DNA from: Actinomycetota bacterium
GTDB taxonomy: Bacteria; Actinomycetota; Actinomycetes; JAKEEW01
DNA: 13,932 bases
Assembly: GCA_046725875.1 (NCBI GenBank)
Contig: JBKOZJ010000190.1
Location: 1-13,932, forward strand
Direction of reading: 5' to 3'
This document shows positions 8,562 through 13,932 of the stretch, one piece after another. Positions within the stretch are counted from its first letter, which is position 1, and every line of letters starts with the position of its first letter. The notes under the pieces were generated by a model, which saw only the letters and a program-made list of their open reading frames with translations, ran no database searches and was not told the origin of the DNA. Both the position numbers and the translations under genes were made by a program.

Positions 8562-9764
8562 ATGCCGTACTACCGGGCGGTGGGGCAGATCCCGCACAAG
8601 CGACACACGCAGTTCCGTAGGCCAGACGGCGGGCTCTATGCAGAGGAGCTGATGGGGATCGAGGGGTTCTCCAGCGAGTCCGCGCTCCTCTATCACGAGG
8701 GTCTGCCGACGGCGATCGTCGACGTTGAGGAGTGGACGATGCCGGCCGACACCTCGACGCCGAACCATCCGCTCAAGCCGAGACACTTTACGACCCACAA
8801 GCTCGACACCGGCGGGGCTGACGCCGTGAACGGGCGGCAGCTGTTGCTCGCCAATGGAGATGTCCGGGTTTCGTACGCGGGGGTCGACTCACCGTCGGCC
8901 CTCTATCGAAATGCGATCGGGGACGAGTGTGTTTATGTGGAGTCCGGCCGAGCGACGGTCGAGACGGTCTTTGGCGCGCTCACGGTAGCCAAGGGTGACT
9001 ACGTGGTGCTGCCGACCTCGACGACGCACAGGTGGATTCCGGACGAATCGGCGGATGGCGGACCGCTCCGGCTCTTCGTCGTGGAGGCGACCGGACATAT
9101 CGCGCCGCCGGGCCGCTATCTCACCAGACGCGGTCAGTTCAACGAGTTCTCGCCCTACTGCGAACGTGACCTGCGTGGGCCGACCGAGCCGCTGGTCGTG
9201 CCGGGCGAGGACGTCGAGGTTTTCGTACGCCATCGAAGCGGCGGCACGCGCTTCGTTTACGCACGCCACCCGTTCGACGTGGTCGGTTGGGATGGCTGCC
9301 TCTACCCGTACGCCTTCAACATCGAGGACTTCGAGCCGATTACCGGGCGAGTCCACCAGCCGCCGCCGGTGCATCAGACTTTCGCCGGCCCGAACTTCGT
9401 CATCTGCTCGTTCGTTCCGCGGAAGTTCGATTACCACCCGCTGTCGATTCCGGCTCCGTATAACCATGCGAACGTCGACTCCGACGAGGTCATCTTCTAT
9501 GTGGGCGGCGATTTCATGTCACGCAAAGGCGCAGGTATCGAGCTCGGGTCCATCTCGCTTCATCCGAACGGCTTCACGCACGGCCCGCAGCCAGGATCGG
9601 TGGAGGCGTCGATCGGCAAGGAGGCGACCGACGAGTGGGCGGTCATGGTTGACACATTCCGCCCGCTCGAGCTGGGCGACGCGGCGCTGGCCTGCGAAGA
9701 CACGGCGTACGCATGGACCTGGGCCGGTCGGCGCAACGACGGCCCGGATAGCACCACGGGGTGA
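8562..9764 (+). CDS. hmgA: Homogentisate 1,2-dioxygenase
   Basis: Motifs MPYYRAVGQIPHKRHTQF, EELMGIEGFSSESALLYH, HPFDVVGWDG, HQPPPVHQTF, CSFVPR, PYNHANVDSDEV, HGPQPG, VMVDTFRPL. AGGAAGG precedes ATG 8562, which I prefer to the track start at 8481. Confidence 0.96.
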   Translation: MPYYRAVGQIPHKRHTQFRRPDGGLYAEELMGIEGFSSESALLYHEGLPTAIVDVEEWTMPADTSTPNHPLKPRHFTTHKLDTGGADAVNGRQLLLANGDVRVSYAGVDSPSALYRNAIGDECVYVESGRATVETVFGALTVAKGDYVVLPTSTTHRWIPDESADGGPLRLFVVEATGHIAPPGRYLTRRGQFNEFSPYCERDLRGPTEPLVVPGEDVEVFVRHRSGGTRFVYARHPFDVVGWDGCLYPYAFNIEDFEPITGRVHQPPPVHQTFAGPNFVICSFVPRKFDYHPLSIPAPYNHANVDSDEVIFYVGGDFMSRKGAGIELGSISLHPNGFTHGPQPGSVEASIGKEATDEWAVMVDTFRPLELGDAALACEDTAYAWTWAGRRNDGPDSTTG

Positions 9765-9780
9765 CACGCCGCGGGCGACT

Positions 9781-9802
9781 CCCCGGCCGCGCTCGGTCGG
9801 GG
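9781..9802 (+). terminator. GC-rich hairpin after hmgA, possible U-tract-less terminator
   Basis: CCCCGGCCG-CGCT-CGGTCGGGG forms a 9-bp stem with one G:U pair, starting 17 nt after the hmgA stop. It is immediately followed by TAGGGT (9803-9808), a possible -10 element for the next gene. Confidence 0.4.
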
Positions 9803-9851
9803 TAGGGTAGCGGCCCAACATTCGCCGCGCGCCCTGGAGGAAGCCGCCGCC

Positions 9852-11540
9852 GTGTCACGTACGCGCTTAGCCCTGATCGGAATCATCGGAGTCGCTCTCG
9901 CCAGTCTCACCGGAGCTGTTGTCTTAACATCTGCGTCGGCCACGCCCGCTCCGCGCAGGATCGTCGCCGGCTGGTTGCCGTACTGGAGCATGGACAGCTC
10001 GCTCGCCACCGCCACCTCGAACGCCGACCTGTGGAGCGACGCATCTCCGTTCTGGTACGAGGCGACTGGCGCGAGCACGATCACCAACCACCCCGGCGCC
10101 GGAGACCCTGCCGTCCGCGATGCGCTGCGGGACCAGGGCATCAAAGTCCTGCCGACGGTTACCGAGACCCTCAACGCACCACAGATGGCCGCCCTGCTCG
10201 GCGACGCAAGTCAGCGCAGCGCCCACGTGACCACGCTGGTCAACCTCGTTACCACGAACGGCTACGACGGCATCGACCTCGACTACGAGCGAATGAACTG
10301 GGGCACGAGCGACCCGGCCGTGAAGACCGCCGTACGGACCGGCTTCGTCACCTTCGTTAGGGAGCTCGCAAGCGCGCTCGACACATACGGGAAGATGCTG
10401 GCCGTAACCGTCGGAGCGCGGACGAGCTCGACCACGGCGAGCTGGGCCGTCTTCGACTACAAGGGGATCGGCGCGGTTGCGGACCGGGTCCGCATCATGA
10501 CCTACGACTACCACGTCAGCACTCCAGGCGCGATCGCACCGCTGTGGTGGGTCGAGAAAGTCCTTGCGTACGCGGTCACCGAGATCCCGGCCGGTCGCAT
10601 CCAAGTCGGCGCGCCACTGTACGGCCGCGACTGGGTCTGTGCGGACTCCACATGCGAGACCAGGGCGTCTGGCACGAGCGTTAAGACCTTGAGTTACCGG
10701 CAGGCCGATGCACTGCGCGTCAATGAGGAGGCCGCCCGGCTCTGGTCGGCCACGGATGCCGCGCCGTACTTCACCTACCTGGACGATCTCGCCAGGACGC
10801 ACGTCGTTTGGTACAACGACGTCGATTCGACGAAGGCGAAGATGACGCTCGTCGGGGAGTACTATCTCGCCGGCATCGCCTTCTGGGCGGTCGGCTACGA
10901 GGACGCCCGCCAGTGGACGCCGCTGCGCGACTATGCCGTCAGCATCGCAAAGAAGTCGCGGTCGGTCTCCATCGGGAGCTTGCCGAGCAGCATTACCTAC
11001 GGAACCAAGCTGACGGTCACCGGGACCGTCAGGGATATGTCCGGGACCGTCCTGGCGAGCCAGAAGGTGGTGCTGCAGCGGCGCAGCACTACCGGCTCGA
11101 CATGGAGCAACGTTGCCACTGCCTGGACATCATCGACGGGCAGTGTCTCGTTCAGTTACACGCCGTCGACCAACAGCGTCTTCCGCCTCTATGCACCGTC
11201 GAACTGGACCTTCTACTCGGCGACGAGCAGCGAGAAGACCACATTGGTCAAGTGGAAGGTCACCGCCGCAGCTAGTGACACCACGCCGGCGAGGGGTCAG
11301 ACAATCAGGATCAGCGGGAAGGTCTCGCCGATCCGGTCGGGCACCACGGTGGAGCGGCAGAAGCTGGCCAACGGCACCTGGGTTCGCATGGCCACGACCA
11401 CCGTGAAGTCCGATGGCAGCTACTCCTTCTCCGTGCTGATGCCGTCCACCTCAACCACCCTTACCTATCGGATCAAGGTTCCGGGCACGTCGCTGAACGC
11501 CACGGCGTATTCATCCTCAATCAAGATCACGGTCGGTTGA
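9852..11540 (+). CDS. Secreted glycoside hydrolase family 18 protein (chitinase-like/YaaH-SleL-like) with two C-terminal beta-rich Ig-like repeats
   Basis: Signal peptide MSRTRLALIGIIGVALASLTGAVVLTSASA; catalytic motif DGIDLDYE (10266-10289); IMTYDYH, PGAIAP, GAPLYGRDW, VVWY, GIAFWAVG; Thr/Ser-rich beta domains after about 10950; GGAGG at 9836-9840. Confidence 0.92.
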   Translation: MSRTRLALIGIIGVALASLTGAVVLTSASATPAPRRIVAGWLPYWSMDSSLATATSNADLWSDASPFWYEATGASTITNHPGAGDPAVRDALRDQGIKVLPTVTETLNAPQMAALLGDASQRSAHVTTLVNLVTTNGYDGIDLDYERMNWGTSDPAVKTAVRTGFVTFVRELASALDTYGKMLAVTVGARTSSTTASWAVFDYKGIGAVADRVRIMTYDYHVSTPGAIAPLWWVEKVLAYAVTEIPAGRIQVGAPLYGRDWVCADSTCETRASGTSVKTLSYRQADALRVNEEAARLWSATDAAPYFTYLDDLARTHVVWYNDVDSTKAKMTLVGEYYLAGIAFWAVGYEDARQWTPLRDYAVSIAKKSRSVSIGSLPSSITYGTKLTVTGTVRDMSGTVLASQKVVLQRRSTTGSTWSNVATAWTSSTGSVSFSYTPSTNSVFRLYAPSNWTFYSATSSEKTTLVKWKVTAAASDTTPARGQTIRISGKVSPIRSGTTVERQKLANGTWVRMATTTVKSDGSYSFSVLMPSTSTTLTYRIKVPGTSLNATAYSSSIKITVG

Positions 11541-11650
11541 TCAGGGGGACGCCGTGCGCGAGCTCGTCCCGTGGCCGGCGGCGGGCCTGGGCCTCAATGG
11601 GCCGTGGACGCAGACCATCGTCGGTCGGATAGCCGTCTGGTCGCGGGTCG

Positions 11651-11671
11651 GTGATCCAGTAACTGGATCAC
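11651..11671. promoter_or_regulatory. Perfect 21-bp palindrome, putative operator
   Basis: GTGATCCAGT-A-ACTGGATCAC. The 1-nt spacer and moderate GC content fit a protein-binding dyad better than a terminator. Confidence 0.6.
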
Positions 11672-11673
11672 GC

Positions 11674-11751
11674 GTCACCTACCTGGCTGGTCGTGCGGTC
11701 ACCTAGGTTGCCGGCGGTCAAGGTGACACATATTCGATCAGTGAAGGTGAT
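11674..11751. repeat. Nested symmetric array of four TCACCT/AGGTGA boxes
   Basis: GTCACCT at 11674-11680 and 11698-11704; AGGTGAC at 11721-11727 and AGGTGAT at 11745-11751. Both inverted pairs share the same centre (11712.5). Confidence 0.55.
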
Positions 11752-11982
11752 CATCTGCCGATGACCGGCCCCGCGCGGCCAGGCGCCCGTGGAACCGGGC
11801 CAACCCAAAGGGACTACGTACACGTGGAGCTAGGTCCGGCGCATCGTGGCGGATCGAGCCCGAGAAGCGCGGCGACAGTTCGATCAGATCATGGCGACCG
11901 GATCGCCTGTGGACGAAATCCCGGCTGGAGCGGCTGAGGCACGGCAGGATGGGCCCGCGACATCCGCCGCCGGGGAGTGTGT

Positions 11983-13632
11983 ATGGGACCTTGGGCCGTC
12001 CGACTCGCTGTGTTGCTCGGCACGGCGGCGACCGGTCTTGTCGGGTACGCCGGAGCGGCCACCGCCGCTGCCGATGTGCCGCGGCATCCGGTTGGCAACG
12101 AGACGATCAACCAGTCGGTCAACCTCCGGATCCAGCCCGAGCAGATCCAAATCGACTATGTGCTCGACGTCGCCGAGTTGCCCGCATTCTCGCTATGCGA
12201 GCAGCAGTTCGGGAGCGCCGGCTGTCACCCAGATCCGAGCCAGGCCGAACGGATGGCCCGCGAGGAATGCGACTACGACGCCGGGTTGATGCGGCTTGCG
12301 CTGCCGGCTGGCAGGCGCCCGACGGTCCGGGTGGCCGGCTCGGAGGTGGTCTTCCTTGACGGTAGCGGCGGCCTGTCCACCTTCCGCCTCACCTGCGCGT
12401 TCGTCGCGGACCTCGAAATCAGCGCCGAGACCGAGCTGACCTTTTCCAACGACGCCTACTTCGACACGATCGGCATTCGAGAGGTCACCGCGGTCGGCGA
12501 CGGCACGACCCTGGTGCGGTCTAGTGTTGGCAGCAGGTCGCCGACCCACCGGCTGACCGCCTTCCCGATGGAGGTGCTGCGCAACCCGCCTGACGTGCGT
12601 GAGGCGGACCTCGTCGTGCGCCCCGGTGGTCCGCGTCTCGGGGGTTCGGCGGCGCCGGGAGGCAATGGCGACACCGCCACGTCGTCCGGCAGCGACCGCG
12701 AAGCCCCAGTGGGAAGCTCGCCGTGGTCGATCGACAAGCTTTCTCGCACGTTCACCGGGTTCGTTACGCATCGGGATCTGACGGTCGCGTTTGTTATCGC
12801 GGCCCTCCTCGCGTCGGTGGGACTCGGTGCTGCCCACGCGGTCGCACCGGGTCACGGCAAGACGATGATGGCGGCTTACCTTGTCGCGGAGCGAGGCAGC
12901 GGACGGCTTGCCGTCCTCGTCGGGCTCACTGTGACCGCGACCCATACCGCTGGCGTCCTGATATTGGGCGTGGTGCTGTCCGCGACGGCCGCATTGGCCC
13001 CCTCGCGCGTCTATCCATGGCTGGGGATTGCGAGCGGCCTGCTTGTCGTCGCGGTCGGCGTCGGGCTGGTCCGCCGGGCCTGGCCAGTGCATGGGCGTGC
13101 GCATGGCGACGAGGGCCACGAGCACACGCACGGTCATGGGAACGAGCCCGGTCACAAGTTCTGGCTGGACCACGAACACCCGCGGCGTCCTGGGCCGCGT
13201 CTTCGGAGCGTCGTCGGCATGGGCATAGCGGGCGGGCTGGCACCCAGCCCGTCGGCCGTCGTCGTCCTGCTCGGCGGGATCGCGATCGGCCGGCCGTGGT
13301 TCGGTGTGCTGCTGGTCGTTGCCTACGGCCTAGGTATGGCGGTCATCCTGGCCGGGATCGGGTTCGCCCTCGTGCGGCTGCGGGACACGGCCGCCCGCCG
13401 CGGCAGGTCACTCCGCGTCCCCGGCATCGCTCGTGCACTGCCCCGGCTGACCTCAATCGCTGTAGTCGTGGTTGGCGTCGTCCTCCTCGCCCGCTCGGCG
13501 GTCGTCGTGCTTGCCTACCCGCCAGGACGCGATCCGCAGGGTCTAGCCCTGCCTCCGCGGAACAACGTTGGACCGTCGCGGCGAAAATCGGCGTCAGAAC
13601 GAAGATCCTGGACCGTCAGCTTGACGGAATGA
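11983..13632 (+). CDS. Nickel/cobalt transporter (RcnA/NiCoT-like membrane domain) with N-terminal extracytoplasmic domain
   Basis: Signal peptide, HPVGNETINQ motif, HAVAPGHGKT signature, TATHTAGV, His-rich loop HGRAHGDEGHEHTHGHGNEPGH, GLAPSPSA, and about six hydrophobic segments; GGGGAG (11972-11977) precedes ATG 11983. Confidence 0.9.
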   Translation: MGPWAVRLAVLLGTAATGLVGYAGAATAAADVPRHPVGNETINQSVNLRIQPEQIQIDYVLDVAELPAFSLCEQQFGSAGCHPDPSQAERMAREECDYDAGLMRLALPAGRRPTVRVAGSEVVFLDGSGGLSTFRLTCAFVADLEISAETELTFSNDAYFDTIGIREVTAVGDGTTLVRSSVGSRSPTHRLTAFPMEVLRNPPDVREADLVVRPGGPRLGGSAAPGGNGDTATSSGSDREAPVGSSPWSIDKLSRTFTGFVTHRDLTVAFVIAALLASVGLGAAHAVAPGHGKTMMAAYLVAERGSGRLAVLVGLTVTATHTAGVLILGVVLSATAALAPSRVYPWLGIASGLLVVAVGVGLVRRAWPVHGRAHGDEGHEHTHGHGNEPGHKFWLDHEHPRRPGPRLRSVVGMGIAGGLAPSPSAVVVLLGGIAIGRPWFGVLLVVAYGLGMAVILAGIGFALVRLRDTAARRGRSLRVPGIARALPRLTSIAVVVVGVVLLARSAVVVLAYPPGRDPQGLALPPRNNVGPSRRKSASERRSWTVSLTE

Positions 13633-13912
13633 TGCGTTCCGCCGACGGCAGGCCGTCGAGCGCGCGGTGCCGGCTGACCAGCAGCATGACCGCGGTCATG
13701 CCTCCGAGACACAGCCCGACGAGCGCGCCGGGTATGGGCCGGAACCATCCCGAACCCACCGCCCCGCCCGCGGCCAGGGCCGCCACAACGAGCCCGGCGC
13801 CGGCGGCGACGTACCTCTGTGCACGGCCGGCCTCGGTCGAGCGGGCTAGGCCCGACCGCCAGGCGGCGGGGACGGGCAGGCGTGACAGCGCGCCAGCCGC
13901 CCGGTCGAGGAT
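13616..13912 (-). CDS. 3' fragment of a probable membrane protein (5' end missing)
   Basis: Open frame with two hydrophobic segments (YVAAGAGLVVAALAAGGAVG; GALVGLCLGGMTAVMLLV). The track's MYKRQ N-terminus comes from the adapter. It overlaps the transporter 3' end by 17 nt. Confidence 0.55.
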   Translation of the reverse strand: MLDRAAGALSRLPVPAAWRSGLARSTEAGRAQRYVAAGAGLVVAALAAGGAVGSGWFRPIPGALVGLCLGGMTAVMLLVSRHRALDGLPSAERIIPSS

Positions 13913-13932
13913 CTGTCTCTTATACACATCTG
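13913..13932 (+). other. Nextera/Tn5 mosaic-end adapter contamination
   Basis: Exact CTGTCTCTTATACACATCT followed by G at the extreme end of the sequence. Confidence 0.97.

Noticed and set aside
11651..11671. CRP/GlxR site within the palindrome
   Set aside because: The GTGA/TCAC-like half sites are separated by 5 or 13 nt, not the 6 nt required.
11541..11982. Cobalamin, NiCo or c-di-AMP riboswitch upstream of the transporter
   Set aside because: I could not find a B12 box or the ydaO core motifs; only a partial GGAACCGGG at 11791 is present. An Rfam scan would be needed to exclude these formally.
11846..12289. 147 aa ORF starting MADRAREARRQFDQIMA
   Set aside because: The N-terminus looks helical, but there is no well-spaced Shine-Dalgarno site and two thirds of it overlaps the transporter out of frame.
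13913..13932. Natural Tn5/IS50 element end
   Set aside because: It is the engineered mosaic end, sits at the contig terminus, and no transposase is present.

Overview
GC-rich, actinobacterial-looking contig end (GTG starts, GGAGG Shine-Dalgarno sites). From left to right: (i) a minus-strand Hanks-type Ser/Thr kinase that is missing from the ORF track and runs off the left edge, divergent from a SigE-like ECF sigma factor; (ii) a tyrosine/homogentisate catabolic cluster: Lrp/AsnC regulator divergent from hppD, an ornithine-cyclodeaminase-family protein with a ~300 aa acidic tail, fahA translationally coupled to an uncharacterised gene, and a divergent hmgA preceded by an IclR-type palindromic operator; (iii) a secreted GH18 hydrolase with two C-terminal beta-rich repeats; (iv) an intergenic region with a perfect 21-bp palindrome and a symmetric four-box array; (v) an RcnA/NiCoT-like Ni/Co transporter; (vi) the 3' end of a membrane protein, cut off by a Nextera/Tn5 adapter. 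Best leads: the fahA-coupled gene as a candidate for the maleylacetoacetate isomerase that is absent from this cluster, the kinase/ECF pair, the OCD-acidic tail fusion and the operator architectures. All family assignments come from motif recognition by eye; no database searches were run.
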